Counted from the stretch's first letter, positions 1 through 10,403 are shown. The stretch: DNA of 45,092 nt from Flavobacteriales bacterium (GCA_026985675.1 JALSPZ010000109.1:1-45092); one strand, 5' to 3'. Numbers and translations are program-made. The notes: generated from the sequence alone by a model not told the origin.

Positions 1-16
1 TTTTATAAATTAACAC

Positions 17-1030
17 ATGCAAATAAAATCATATCATTATAATTTGGAAATGGAATATCCATTCGGGATATCCCGTTCGGTGCATACGGTTCAAGAAACT
101 TTTATTGTGGAACTTGAACAAGACGGAATTAAGGGTTACGGTGAAGCTACGCAAAATCGTTATTACGGATTTTCAATAGAAAATATGCAAAAACGCTTGG
201 ACGAACTGAAACCGGCAATTGAAAAATATTCGTTTACAACTCCCGAAGATTTTTGGGATAATTTTTTATATAAACATTTGAAAAATTTTCGTTTTTTAAT
301 GGCTGCCATTGATGAAGCCGCTCATGATTTATACGGAAAACTACAAGGAAAACCTCTATATGAACTCTGGGGCTATTCATTGGAAAATATTCCGCTTTCC
401 ACCTATACGATTGCCTTGGATAATTTGGAAATTATGAAAGCCAAACTTTTGGAAAAACCTTGGCCGATATATAAGATAAAATTAGGAACGGATTATGATA
501 TTGAAATAGTGAAATCCTTGCGTGAAATTACTGATAAACCTTTTCGTGTAGATGCCAATACGGCTTGGACTCCCGAACAGACCATAAAAAACAGTAAAAC
601 TCTAAAAGATTTGGGAGTAGAATTTATCGAACAACCTTTGGTAGCTGACCGTTGGGAAGAGATGAAATATGTTAAACAACATTCCGCACTTCCCATAATC
701 GCCGATGAATCGTCCCGAACCGAAGAAGATGTGGAAAGATCTAAGGAAAGTTTTGACGGAATCAATGTGAAATTGGTAAAAGCCGGTGGAATTACTCCCG
801 GCAAGCGAATGTTGGAACTGGCACGAGATTCAGGACTTAAAACTATGATTGGATGTATGACCGAATCATCTATAGGTATATCGGCGGCTGCTCAACTATT
901 GCCCTTGTGTGATTATGCCGATTTAGACGGTGCAATCTTGCTTAAAAATGATATTGCCCAAGGGGTAAAATTGGATAAGGGTCAATTTATTTTTTCCGGT
1001 AAAGCCGGAACAGGGGCAGAATTGTTGTAA
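17..1030 (+). CDS. Dipeptide epimerase (L-Ala-D/L-Glu epimerase-like), enolase superfamily
   Basis: 337-aa ORF with the mandelate racemase/muconate-lactonising-enzyme layout. Motifs YKIKLG, FRVDANTAW, FIEQP and IIADES sit in the order expected for the catalytic Lys and metal ligands of dipeptide epimerases. Confidence 0.8.
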   Translation: MQIKSYHYNLEMEYPFGISRSVHTVQETFIVELEQDGIKGYGEATQNRYYGFSIENMQKRLDELKPAIEKYSFTTPEDFWDNFLYKHLKNFRFLMAAIDEAAHDLYGKLQGKPLYELWGYSLENIPLSTYTIALDNLEIMKAKLLEKPWPIYKIKLGTDYDIEIVKSLREITDKPFRVDANTAWTPEQTIKNSKTLKDLGVEFIEQPLVADRWEEMKYVKQHSALPIIADESSRTEEDVERSKESFDGINVKLVKAGGITPGKRMLELARDSGLKTMIGCMTESSIGISAAAQLLPLCDYADLDGAILLKNDIAQGVKLDKGQFIFSGKAGTGAELL

Positions 1031-1051
1031 TTTTGGAATTTTCCGAAATCA

Positions 1052-4000
1052 ATGAAAGTTATAGAAAAATATTTACAAGCCGGATCGGTAGTAAAATTAT
1101 TGGAAAAAATTAATTCCGCTCAATCGGTTTGTTTAAGCAATACCGGACAGTCCGCTTTGAGTTTTCAGTTGGCGGCTTTGTATCAAAAAAAATCGGTTCC
1201 TTTTTTGTTGATATTTGAAAACAAAGAAGAAGCGGCTTATTATTTTAATGATTTTGAAAATATTTTAGGTAATAAAAAAGTTTTGTTTTTTCCCGAATCT
1301 TATCGTCGAGCTTATCAAATTGAAGAGACGGATAATGCCAATGTTATTTTGCGTTCAAAGGTTTTAAGTCATTTGCAATCACGACAAAAACCGCAAGTAG
1401 TGGTAACTTATCCCGAAGCTTTGTTTGAAAAAGTGGTGGTAAAAAAAGAATTGCAAAATCATACTTTGAAAATCAAAACCGGTGATAAACTTTCATTGGA
1501 TTTTATGTATGATATGCTTTTGGAATTCAAATTCGAGTCGGTTGATTTTGTTACACAAGCGGGGGAATTTGCCGTTCGCGGAGGAATTATCGATGTGTTT
1601 TCTTACGGAGATGATTTGCCATACAGAATTGAATTTGATAAAGATCAAGTGGAAAGTATCAGAACTTTTGATATTGAAACGCAATTGTCCGAAGAAATGA
1701 AAAAAAGCGTTCAAATAATTCCGAATCTTTCCGATAAACTTTTTATTCAAAAAAGACAATCTCTGTTGGAATTTATTAAAAAAGACAGTTTGGTTTTTGT
1801 CAAAAATGATGAACTTACCACAGACATTTTGGCAAAACTTTTTGGCAAAGCGGAAGAAAAATTTACTTCTTTATCGGGTGAAATTGAACATCTTAAACCG
1901 TCGGAGCTTTTTTTAACGCCTACTGATTTTACGGAAGGAATTAATCAGTTTAAAAGTATTTTTATAAAAACTTCACGTTCTTTGCCGGTGGTGGAATGTC
2001 AGATACAACCCCAACCGGTTTTCAATAAAGATTTTTTGTTACTTACGCAAAATCTTAAAGAAAACAATAAGAAAAATTATCAAAATATTATCTTCTGTTC
2101 CAATGACGAACAAGTTAAACGTTTACAAAATATTTTTGATGATTTAAACCCCGATTTGGAATATCAATTACTGAATTTTCCCATATATCAAGGGTTTATT
2201 GATAATGAACTCAAACTGGCTTGTTATACTGACCACCAGATTTTTCAACGTTATCATCGTTTTAAAATTCATAAAAATTTAAAAAAACGTCAGTCCGTCA
2301 GTTTACAAGAGCTAAATGAACTGAAAGAAGGGGATTTTGTTACCCATATCGATCATGGAATCGGTGTTTTCGGTGGTTTGCAAAAAATAGAAAGGGGAGG
2401 AAAAGAACAAGAGGTTATAGAAATAGTTTACAAAGGAGGGGATCGTTTGTTTGTTAGTATTCACAGTTTGTATAAAATTTCCAAATATAATGCGAAGGAC
2501 GGCACAACACCGAAAATCAACAAATTGGGTTCGGGAGCTTGGAAATTGTTAAAACAAAAGACCAAAAAACGTCTGAAAAAATTGGCTTTTGATATTATCA
2601 AACTATATGCCGAAAGGAAATTACAAAAAGGTACACAATACGCGTCCGACAGTTATATGCAATATGAATTGGAAGCTTCTTTTGTTTATGAAGATACACC
2701 GGACCAACTCAAAGCGACCCAAGATATCAAAAAAGATATGGAAAGTGAAAAAGTTATGGATCGTTTGGTTTGTGGGGATGTAGGTTTCGGAAAAACCGAA
2801 GTAGCCATTCGTGCAGCTTTCAAAGCGGTAGATAACGGAAAACAAGTGGCGGTTTTGGTTCCTACTACTATTTTGGCTTTTCAGCATTTCAAAACCTTTT
2901 CCGAACGATTGAAAAATTTTCCGGTGGTAGTTGATTATCTCAATCGATTTAGAACCGCCAAAGAAAAAAAACAAATACTTCAAGATCTTGCTGATGGAAA
3001 GATTGACATAATTATCGGAACTCACGCCTTGGTCAATGAAAAAGTAAAATACAAAGATTTGGGTTTAATGATTATCGATGAAGAACAAAAATTCGGGGTT
3101 TCGGTAAAAGAAAAACTTAAAACAATACGAAAAAATGTAGATACGCTAACGCTTACGGCAACTCCGATTCCTCGAACACTTCAATTTTCATTGATTAACG
3201 AACGGGATTTATCGGTTATCAATACTCCACCACCTAATCGTTATCCTATTGAAACACAAGTTATACGTTTCAATGAAGAACTCATACGGGATGCCATTTT
3301 ATATGAAATTGAACGAAAAGGACAAGTGTTTTTTATTCATAACCGCATCGAAAATATTAAGGAAGTAGCCGGTATGCTTCAACGATTGGTCCCTGATGCA
3401 CGTATCGGTATAGGTCACGGACAAATGGAAGGAAAAAAATTGGAAGCTTTGTTATTGGATTTCATTAACGGTGAATTTGATATATTGGTTTCCACTACGA
3501 TTATTGAAAACGGCTTGGATGTTCCCAATGCCAATACTATTTTTATCAATAACGCTCACCAATTCGGATTATCCGATTTACATCAAATGCGTGGCAGGGT
3601 GGGACGTTCCAATAAAAAAGCTTTTTGTTATTTTATAACGCCGCCATATTCGGCAATGACAACGGAAGCTCGCAAACGTATGGAAGCCATTGAAACTTAT
3701 ACGGAATTAGGTAGCGGATTTCAAATAGCTATGAAAGATTTGGAAATACGTGGTGCGGGGGACTTGCTTGGTGCGGATCAAAGCGGTTTTATCAATGATA
3801 TGGGCTTTGATACTTATCAAAAAATCTTAAAAGAAGCTATCAAAGAATTGGAAGCAAACGAATTTAAAGACTTTTTTGAAAATAAATCTCCAAAAGATTT
3901 TAAAACGGAAGCACAATTGGATACCGATTTTGAAATTTTATTTCCTAGCGATTATATTGAATCGGCTACCGAAAGGTTAAAATTATACAAGGAATTATCA

Positions 4001-4363
4001 GAGTTGACCAATGATAAGGAGTTAGCCGATTTCAGAATTAAATTAATCGATAGATTTGGAAAAATACCTTCCGAAACAGAAGATTTGTTAAAAAGTGTTC
4101 GTTTAAAATGGTTGGCTGAGCAATTGGGTTTTGAAAAATTGGTGATTAAAAAAGATAAAATGTTGGCATATTTCGTCTCCGATTCTTCATCCGCTTATTT
4201 TGATAGTGATATTTTCAGAAAAATATTACAATTTATTCAACAAAATCCTAGCTGCTGTCAAATTGTTGAGAAAAAAATAAATAATATAAATAAAACTTAC
4301 TTAAAATTTGAAAATATAAAATCTATTGATGAAGCTTTGGAAATTTTGGAAAAAATTCTTTGA
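1052..4363 (+). CDS. mfd: Transcription-repair coupling factor Mfd
   Basis: 1103-aa ORF with a CarD/TRCF-type RNAP-interaction region (DFVTHIDHGIGVF). SF2 helicase motifs are GDVGFGKTEVA, IIDEEQKFG, TATPIPRTL and QMRGRVGR. A C-terminal TRCF domain is present. Confidence 0.96.
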   Translation: MKVIEKYLQAGSVVKLLEKINSAQSVCLSNTGQSALSFQLAALYQKKSVPFLLIFENKEEAAYYFNDFENILGNKKVLFFPESYRRAYQIEETDNANVILRSKVLSHLQSRQKPQVVVTYPEALFEKVVVKKELQNHTLKIKTGDKLSLDFMYDMLLEFKFESVDFVTQAGEFAVRGGIIDVFSYGDDLPYRIEFDKDQVESIRTFDIETQLSEEMKKSVQIIPNLSDKLFIQKRQSLLEFIKKDSLVFVKNDELTTDILAKLFGKAEEKFTSLSGEIEHLKPSELFLTPTDFTEGINQFKSIFIKTSRSLPVVECQIQPQPVFNKDFLLLTQNLKENNKKNYQNIIFCSNDEQVKRLQNIFDDLNPDLEYQLLNFPIYQGFIDNELKLACYTDHQIFQRYHRFKIHKNLKKRQSVSLQELNELKEGDFVTHIDHGIGVFGGLQKIERGGKEQEVIEIVYKGGDRLFVSIHSLYKISKYNAKDGTTPKINKLGSGAWKLLKQKTKKRLKKLAFDIIKLYAERKLQKGTQYASDSYMQYELEASFVYEDTPDQLKATQDIKKDMESEKVMDRLVCGDVGFGKTEVAIRAAFKAVDNGKQVAVLVPTTILAFQHFKTFSERLKNFPVVVDYLNRFRTAKEKKQILQDLADGKIDIIIGTHALVNEKVKYKDLGLMIIDEEQKFGVSVKEKLKTIRKNVDTLTLTATPIPRTLQFSLINERDLSVINTPPPNRYPIETQVIRFNEELIRDAILYEIERKGQVFFIHNRIENIKEVAGMLQRLVPDARIGIGHGQMEGKKLEALLLDFINGEFDILVSTTIIENGLDVPNANTIFINNAHQFGLSDLHQMRGRVGRSNKKAFCYFITPPYSAMTTEARKRMEAIETYTELGSGFQIAMKDLEIRGAGDLLGADQSGFINDMGFDTYQKILKEAIKELEANEFKDFFENKSPKDFKTEAQLDTDFEILFPSDYIESATERLKLYKELSELTNDKELADFRIKLIDRFGKIPSETEDLLKSVRLKWLAEQLGFEKLVIKKDKMLAYFVSDSSSAYFDSDIFRKILQFIQQNPSCCQIVEKKINNINKTYLKFENIKSIDEALEILEKIL

Positions 4364-4373
4364 TTTAAACAAA

Positions 4374-4667
4374 CTATTTAATCGGATTATATTGATCTTT
4401 TACGATTTTTATAATGGTCTTATTTACCTTTATAAAACGATAGATACCTATAAATAAAATAATAAAGGCTACAATAATGGCAATATAACCCCAAATATTA
4501 TATCGATTAAATTTTTCAATATTAAAAATAGCTACACCTGTGCTGATAAACACTATAAATGTTCGTAAATATGCAAGGATTGATCGTTCATTTGAGAGAT
4601 AGGTCATCTCAATAGTAAGTTTTAGACTAGTATTTTGAATTTCTTGTTTTTTCATTTTTTCTGCCAA
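4374..4667 (-). CDS. DUF202 (YidH-like) small membrane protein
   Basis: 97-aa ORF with the DUF202-type motif NERSILAYLRT followed by two hydrophobic helices. It overlaps the upstream gene by 16 nt. Confidence 0.6.
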   Translation of the reverse strand: MAEKMKKQEIQNTSLKLTIEMTYLSNERSILAYLRTFIVFISTGVAIFNIEKFNRYNIWGYIAIIVAFIILFIGIYRFIKVNKTIIKIVKDQYNPIK

Positions 4668-4984
4668 GGAAATTTTCCATATAATTCAACTTCTAATGAA
4701 AGGCTCATAATAGTTCTAATTAAAACGATTACTCCAAGTACCGTTACTGATTGTAGGGTTGGGTCTGTAATTACGGTTGCCATAATATCAGCAGCTATAA
4801 GTATTTCCAATCCCAATAAGATAGATTTTCCCAGAGTTTGCCTCAATAGCGTATATTTATTAGAAGAATTTTTGTCTATTAGAAATCTAAAAAGTGCATA
4901 AATTATGCCAAAAAATATGACAGCTACCCCTATTGCTTCTACAATTTGCGATATATTATTAATATAAATTTTAATTTGTTCCAT
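4652..4984 (-). CDS. DUF1622 family membrane protein
   Basis: 110-aa ORF with three hydrophobic segments and an LGLEILIAADIMATV core resembling DUF1622. Confidence 0.6.
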   Translation of the reverse strand: MEQIKIYINNISQIVEAIGVAVIFFGIIYALFRFLIDKNSSNKYTLLRQTLGKSILLGLEILIAADIMATVITDPTLQSVTVLGVIVLIRTIMSLSLEVELYGKFPWQKK

Positions 4985-5001
4985 AATTTATCATTTTATC
5001 T

Positions 5002-5535
5002 TTATTCAAAAAAACTAAATTTGCTCAATCCGTAAACTCTTGCTTCTTTAAAATGAGGATGATTGGAAAAATCCAGTCTGTCAATATGTTCTAAAATCAA
5101 TTGTCCTTGTGGTTTTAATAGATTTCTTTCAAAAACCTTATTGATAAGTTGAGTCAATTCTTCTTTGGAAAAATCGTAAGGTGGATCGGCAAAAATAATA
5201 TCGTATTTGTCAGTAGTTTTTTCCAGAAAGCGTTTGACATCATATTTGATGACTTTGATTGGAAAATCAAATTCATTACTGATTTTTTTAACAAATTTTA
5301 TTACGGGAAAATTTTTATCAACCGCTTGAATGTCTTTACTTCCTCTGGATGCAAATTCATAAGCGATACCACCGCTTCCGGTAAACAAGTCCAAAATTTT
5401 TAATCTCGGGAAATGATATTGGTTTCGCAAAATATTAAAAAGGGCTTCTTTTGCTCGATCGGTAGTCGGACGTATAGGCAAATTTTTCGGAGCGGTTATT
5501 CTTCTTCCTTTATATTTTCCGGATATTATTCGCAT
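5002..5535 (-). CDS. rsmD: 16S rRNA (guanine966-N2)-methyltransferase RsmD
   Basis: 177-aa ORF starting MRIISGKYKGR. It has the SAM motif DLFTGSGGIAYEFASRG and the catalytic IIFADPPY. Confidence 0.9.
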   Translation of the reverse strand: MRIISGKYKGRRITAPKNLPIRPTTDRAKEALFNILRNQYHFPRLKILDLFTGSGGIAYEFASRGSKDIQAVDKNFPVIKFVKKISNEFDFPIKVIKYDVKRFLEKTTDKYDIIFADPPYDFSKEELTQLINKVFERNLLKPQGQLILEHIDRLDFSNHPHFKEARVYGLSKFSFFE

Positions 5536-5539
5536 TTGT

Positions 5540-6313
5540 TTACGGGATATAATTATTCAATTTTCCCGGATTTTCAGCGGATAAAAAATTCCAATTTTCT
5601 ACAAAATCTTTTAAATCTTTCATAACTACAAAATTTTTATCAACTCCTGCAATATGAAATTCCGCTTTATTTTCGGGTATTTTTAAAGTTTCCAGCACAA
5701 AAAAGAAAAAGTAAAGAAAATCGTCATTTGTAGAAAATTCAAAACTGTTGAAAAAGATAAGATCTTCGTTTTTATAAATAAGCATTTGAAAATCCCTGTG
5801 AAACACATTCAAATATACATCATATAAAGACAAAACTTCTTTCTGTGAACGAGTTTTATCAATCTTTTCAATAAATATCGTAGCGGAATGAAAAAAGTCT
5901 ATTTCATCGTAGTAATCTAAAAACAGATTGTTAATATTGGCGAACGGTATGTAAACATTGGCTATTTCCAGCGAATCGATTGTATCAAAGTGTGCCCGGT
6001 CAAATTCCAAAAGTTTGATGTTGAATTTTAAATATTCTTCCGGATTTTTTTCATTAAAAAGTTCAATCGGTACCAATGTATTCAGATTGTTATGGTGAAT
6101 GATACGGATATTTTTAAATTGACGGGTTAATACCGGACGTTCTTGAAAAATTTTTTTTAGTTTATTTTCAATCTCAAAAGGATTGGTCTGTTCGAAGAGA
6201 TATTCAAAAAACTTGGATTGAGATGGATTTTTATCTTTAAAAAGAAAAGAAAGTCCATACCGGGAAACCAGTATGGACAATTCTCTATGGTCTTTTTTAA
6301 GATTATTGTTCAT
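5540..6313 (-). CDS. DUF3822 family protein
   Basis: 257-aa ORF directly upstream of rsmD (4-nt gap), a context I recall for DUF3822 in Flavobacteriia. The N-terminal LSILVSRYGLSFLF resembles the family start. Family assignment is from memory only. Confidence 0.55.
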   Translation of the reverse strand: MNNNLKKDHRELSILVSRYGLSFLFKDKNPSQSKFFEYLFEQTNPFEIENKLKKIFQERPVLTRQFKNIRIIHHNNLNTLVPIELFNEKNPEEYLKFNIKLLEFDRAHFDTIDSLEIANVYIPFANINNLFLDYYDEIDFFHSATIFIEKIDKTRSQKEVLSLYDVYLNVFHRDFQMLIYKNEDLIFFNSFEFSTNDDFLYFFFFVLETLKIPENKAEFHIAGVDKNFVVMKDLKDFVENWNFLSAENPGKLNNYIP

Positions 6314-7046
6314 CTTTTATATCATACAATTTGGGCCAGTTTCCACTGTCGGTAACTTCATCCAAAGAACCTACTTGAATATAAGGTCCATTGATTTCTT
6401 TTGTACTTTTGATATTTTTTTCTTGAGCTACCAAATCGGGGTTTTGGTCGTAAAGCACCAATGCTTTATCTATGCGAGCCATAAACACGGGAACTTTTAC
6501 ATTACTTTTGGTCAAATAACCTTTTTTAAGTTCAAATTTTACTTGTTTTTCTTTTCCGGGAATAGGCACCCACATCATTTCTTTATAACGGTTATCATTT
6601 TTGAATAAAGAATCTTTAACGGAAGCATATCCCAAAGTATCAACAATAACAGTATCTCTTTCTCTTTCAATACCACGGGCTTTATCAAAATATTTATAAC
6701 TGGAATCTCTTTGTTGTGTAATGACGAATTTTGCAGTATCAATAAAACTTATCAAACTATCAAAATTTGCGGTATAATCACCTGTAACTTCACGGTGTGC
6801 CAATTCAGAATTTCTGATATCTTTTAATTTCGCTATGATTTTCTTGTATCGTTGAACTTTGGTTTTGTTAAATTTAACAGGTTCATAAATAGAATTATAA
6901 ATATTGTAGCTAAAATAAAATGCCAAAGCAAGTAATATTAAATTTAATACAGGTTTGAGTTTTAATGGAACATATTTAACTACCAAATAAGCCGCAATAA
7001 AACCGATAACTAATAATACAATAATGTAAAGAATAACGTTTCCCAT
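6303..7046 (-). CDS. Hypothetical membrane-anchored protein (two N-terminal TM helices, soluble C-terminal domain)
   Basis: 247-aa ORF whose 3' end overlaps the DUF3822 start by 11 nt. A TAnnTTTG -7 box lies 22 nt upstream of its ATG. I recognise no family. Confidence 0.6.
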   Translation of the reverse strand: MGNVILYIIVLLVIGFIAAYLVVKYVPLKLKPVLNLILLALAFYFSYNIYNSIYEPVKFNKTKVQRYKKIIAKLKDIRNSELAHREVTGDYTANFDSLISFIDTAKFVITQQRDSSYKYFDKARGIERERDTVIVDTLGYASVKDSLFKNDNRYKEMMWVPIPGKEKQVKFELKKGYLTKSNVKVPVFMARIDKALVLYDQNPDLVAQEKNIKSTKEINGPYIQVGSLDEVTDSGNWPKLYDIKDEQ

Positions 7047-7114
7047 TTTTTTTAATTTAAGTTCCTTGCAAATATAAATATTTTTTATAAAAATAAACGA
7101 AGTTTAACGAGTAT

Positions 7115-9961
7115 TTATTTTGCGTTTTTTTTATTTATTTGTTTTATCTCTTTTTTAAGGAATTTTCCGGTCAAGGATTTTTTGTTATGTATTATTTGCT
7201 CTGGTTTTCCTTCTGCTACTATTTTTCCACCTTTTTGTCCGCCTTCCGGTCCCAAATCTATGATATAATCGGCTTGTTTGATAACATCCATATTATGTTC
7301 TATAATCAATACGGTATTACCCTTATCTACCAGTTTGTTTAGAACTTCCATTAAAATCCTAATATCTTCAAAATGTAAACCGGTGGTGGGTTCGTCCAAA
7401 ATATATAGCGTTTTTCCCGTATCTTTTTTGGAAAGTTCCGTGGCAAGTTTGATCCGTTGGGCTTCTCCGCCGGAAAGTGTAGGGGAGGGTTGGCCCAATG
7501 TAATGTATCCCAGTCCAACATCTTGCAGAGTTTTAATTTTTCTATAAATTTTGGGTATGGGTTCAAAGAATTTAACCGCTTCGTTAATGGTCATATCCAA
7601 CACATCCGAAATGGATTTGCCTTTATATCTTACTTCCAATGTTTCACGGTCAAAACGTTTTCCACCACAAGTTTCACAAGTAATTTGCACATCTGGTAAA
7701 AGATTCATTTCAATGGTTCTTATTCCGGCTCCTTCACAAACGGGACATCTACCTTCTTTGACATTAAATGAAAATCTGCCGGGCTTATATCCTCTGATTT
7801 GTGCTTCGGGAGTTTGTGCAAATAAATTCCTGATTTCTTGAAAAACGCCGGTATAAGTTGCAGGATTAGAACGTGAGCTCCTACCAATCGGGCTTTGATC
7901 GATATCAATAATTTTGTCTATATTTTCTATTCCTTTTATGGATTGATAAGGCAAAGGGTCTTTAACGGCACGATAGATATGTTTATTTAAGATGGGATAT
8001 AAAGTTTCGTTTATCAAACTGGACTTTCCACTGCCGGAAACTCCGGTAACCAATACCATTGTTCCCAATGGAATTTTCAAATTAACATTTTTCAGGTTGT
8101 TGCCTTGCGCACCTTCCAATTCAATGAATTTGCCATTTCCTTTTCGTCTGTATGAGGGAATTGCAATAAATTTTTTACCGGATAAATATTGAGCGGTAAG
8201 GGAGTTTTTTTTAAGAATTTCATTAAAATTTCCTTGGGCAACTATTGCTCCGCCTTTTTTTCCGGCTTCGGGACCCATATCAATGATATGGTCGGCTTTT
8301 TCCATTATATCCTTGTCGTGTTCCACAACAATAACGGAGTTTCCGATATCCCGCAGATTGATTAAAGATTTGATTAAACGTTCATTATCCCTTTGATGCA
8401 AGCCAATGCTGGGTTCGTCCAAAACATACAATACATTTACCAATTGCGCCCCGATTTGCGAAGCCAAACGTATGCGTTGACTTTCTCCGCCGGATAAAGA
8501 TTTAGAAGTTCGGTTGAGCGTTAGATAATCTAAACCGACATTCGTCAAGAAGCCTAAACGATTTTTTATTTCTTTGATTAATTCAGAGCCAATTTGTTTT
8601 TGTTTTGAACTTAATTTTTCTTCAATGGTTTCAAACCATTTTTTGAGTTCATCGATTTCCATTTCTGCCAAATCGGAAATACTTTTACCGTTTATTTTGA
8701 AATTTCTCGCTTCTTTTTTTAGACGTGTTCCTTCACAAACAGGACAGGTTTTTTCGGACATATAGGATTTTGCCCAACGTCTAATGGATTTGCTTCCGGA
8801 ATTTTCGTATTGATTTTGAATAAATTTAACAATACCGTCAAATTTTAAATGATAGGTTTGTGTGATACCTATTTCTTTGGATACGACTTCGAAATGTTCA
8901 TCTCCACCATACAAAATTACTTGCATTGCTTTTTCCGGGATATTTTTAACGGGGTCATTCAAACTGAATTTATAGCGTTTGGCAATTACTTCCAATTGTT
9001 GATAAATCCAAGATTTTTTATCGGTATTTACAGCGGCAATACCTCCTTTGTTTATGGACAAATCGGGATTGGGTATTAATTTATTCAAATCCACTTCGAT
9101 TATTTTTCCCAATCCTTTGCAATGTTCACAAGCTCCTTTGGGTGAATTGAAAGAAAAAGAATTGGGTTCAGGTATGGGATAAGCAATTCCGGTAGAAGGA
9201 CACATTAAATTTTTGCTAAAATATCGGATTTTTCCGGTAGCTTCGTCCAAGATCATCAACATATCTTTTCCTTGGAATAAGGCGCTTTCAATGCTTTTGG
9301 TCAATCTTTTTCGGGAAGCATTATTTACATTTAATCTGTCAATAACTATCTCTATATCGTGAGTTTGATAGCGTTCCAGTTGCATATTTTTTTCAATGGG
9401 GATGATTTTTCCATCTACACGTACTTTTAGATATCCTTTGGCAGCTATTTTCTTAAAAAGCTCTTTGTAATGTCCTTTTCTAGATTTTACCACAGGAGCC
9501 AAAATACTGATATCTTTGTCTGAAAATTCTTTAAAAATAATATCAATAATTTCTTTTTCGTGATAACTCACCATCTTTTCACCGGTATTATAGGAATAAG
9601 CTTCTCCTATTTTGGCATATAATAGGCGTAGAAAATCATAAATTTCGGTAACGGTACCTACAGTAGAACGCGGATTTTTGTTGGTGGTTTTTTGTTCTAT
9701 GGAAATAACGGGTGAAAGTCCGTCAATTTTATCTACGTCGGGACGATTGAGACCTCCGAGAAATTGCCGGGCATAAGCAGAAAATGTTTCGATAAAGCGC
9801 CGTTGACCTTCAGCATAAATGGTATCAAAAGCCAAAGATGATTTTCCACTGCCACTCAATCCTGTGATTACGGTTAGTTTCTTGCGTGGTATTTTGACAT
9901 CAATATTTTTCAGATTATGTTCTCTTGCACCGTAAATTTTTATAAACAAATCTTTTTTCAT
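7115..9961 (-). CDS. uvrA: Excinuclease ABC subunit A (UvrA)
   Basis: 948-aa ORF with two ABC ATPase modules (GLSGSGKSSLAFDTIYAEGQRR, GVSGSGKSSL, LSGGESQR, LSGGEAQR). Zinc-finger cysteines are CPVCEGTR and CPVCEGAG...CETCGGKR. Confidence 0.97.
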   Translation of the reverse strand: MKKDLFIKIYGAREHNLKNIDVKIPRKKLTVITGLSGSGKSSLAFDTIYAEGQRRFIETFSAYARQFLGGLNRPDVDKIDGLSPVISIEQKTTNKNPRSTVGTVTEIYDFLRLLYAKIGEAYSYNTGEKMVSYHEKEIIDIIFKEFSDKDISILAPVVKSRKGHYKELFKKIAAKGYLKVRVDGKIIPIEKNMQLERYQTHDIEIVIDRLNVNNASRKRLTKSIESALFQGKDMLMILDEATGKIRYFSKNLMCPSTGIAYPIPEPNSFSFNSPKGACEHCKGLGKIIEVDLNKLIPNPDLSINKGGIAAVNTDKKSWIYQQLEVIAKRYKFSLNDPVKNIPEKAMQVILYGGDEHFEVVSKEIGITQTYHLKFDGIVKFIQNQYENSGSKSIRRWAKSYMSEKTCPVCEGTRLKKEARNFKINGKSISDLAEMEIDELKKWFETIEEKLSSKQKQIGSELIKEIKNRLGFLTNVGLDYLTLNRTSKSLSGGESQRIRLASQIGAQLVNVLYVLDEPSIGLHQRDNERLIKSLINLRDIGNSVIVVEHDKDIMEKADHIIDMGPEAGKKGGAIVAQGNFNEILKKNSLTAQYLSGKKFIAIPSYRRKGNGKFIELEGAQGNNLKNVNLKIPLGTMVLVTGVSGSGKSSLINETLYPILNKHIYRAVKDPLPYQSIKGIENIDKIIDIDQSPIGRSSRSNPATYTGVFQEIRNLFAQTPEAQIRGYKPGRFSFNVKEGRCPVCEGAGIRTIEMNLLPDVQITCETCGGKRFDRETLEVRYKGKSISDVLDMTINEAVKFFEPIPKIYRKIKTLQDVGLGYITLGQPSPTLSGGEAQRIKLATELSKKDTGKTLYILDEPTTGLHFEDIRILMEVLNKLVDKGNTVLIIEHNMDVIKQADYIIDLGPEGGQKGGKIVAEGKPEQIIHNKKSLTGKFLKKEIKQINKKNAK

Positions 9962-10148
9962 TCAATCATTTCTAGTTTATACAAAAATAAGATATTTAAT
10001 GCTAATTTGATATTGAAATCGAAAGAATATGTATCATTTAAATTAAAATTTAATTTCTTAAAAAATTTAAGTAATAAACTTAAAATCAAACATTTACAAG
10101 AAAAATAGATTCTTTTTTATCTCAAACTCACTTTATAAAAGTATCTGT

Positions 10149-10172
10149 AAAAAAAAAGCCTCGTGAGAGGCT
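10149..10172 (-). terminator. Rho-independent terminator downstream of the DUF2795 gene
   Basis: The minus strand reads AGCCTC-TCAC-GAGGCT followed by a T8-9 run. The stem is 10157-10162/10167-10172 and lies 10 nt after the stop codon. Confidence 0.75.
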
Positions 10173-10181
10173 TTGTTATGT

Positions 10182-10403
10182 TTAATATTCATCTTCGTTC
10201 CAGAAAAAGTCCTCTTCGGTTGGGTAATCAGGCCAAATGTCCTGTATGGATTCAAAAATTTCTTCTTCTTCTTCGATTTCCTGTAAATTTTCCACAACTT
10301 CCAATGGTGCTCCTGTTCTGATAGCATAATCTATCAGCTCATCTTTTGTTGCCGGCCAAGGGGCATCACTTAAATAAGAAGCTAACTCTAATGTCCAATA
10401 CAT
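10182..10403 (-). CDS. DUF2795 domain protein
   Basis: 73-aa ORF. The N-terminal LSDAPWPATKDELIDYAIRTGAPLEVVENL matches the DUF2795 pattern, and the tail is acidic. Confidence 0.7.
   Translation of the reverse strand: MYWTLELASYLSDAPWPATKDELIDYAIRTGAPLEVVENLQEIEEEEEIFESIQDIWPDYPTEEDFFWNEDEY

Noticed and set aside
10133-10327. 64-aa ORF overlapping the DUF2795 gene in another frame.
   Set aside because: The overlapping 73-aa frame has the recognisable DUF2795 motif and a proper terminator. The 64-aa frame reads through the terminator hairpin.
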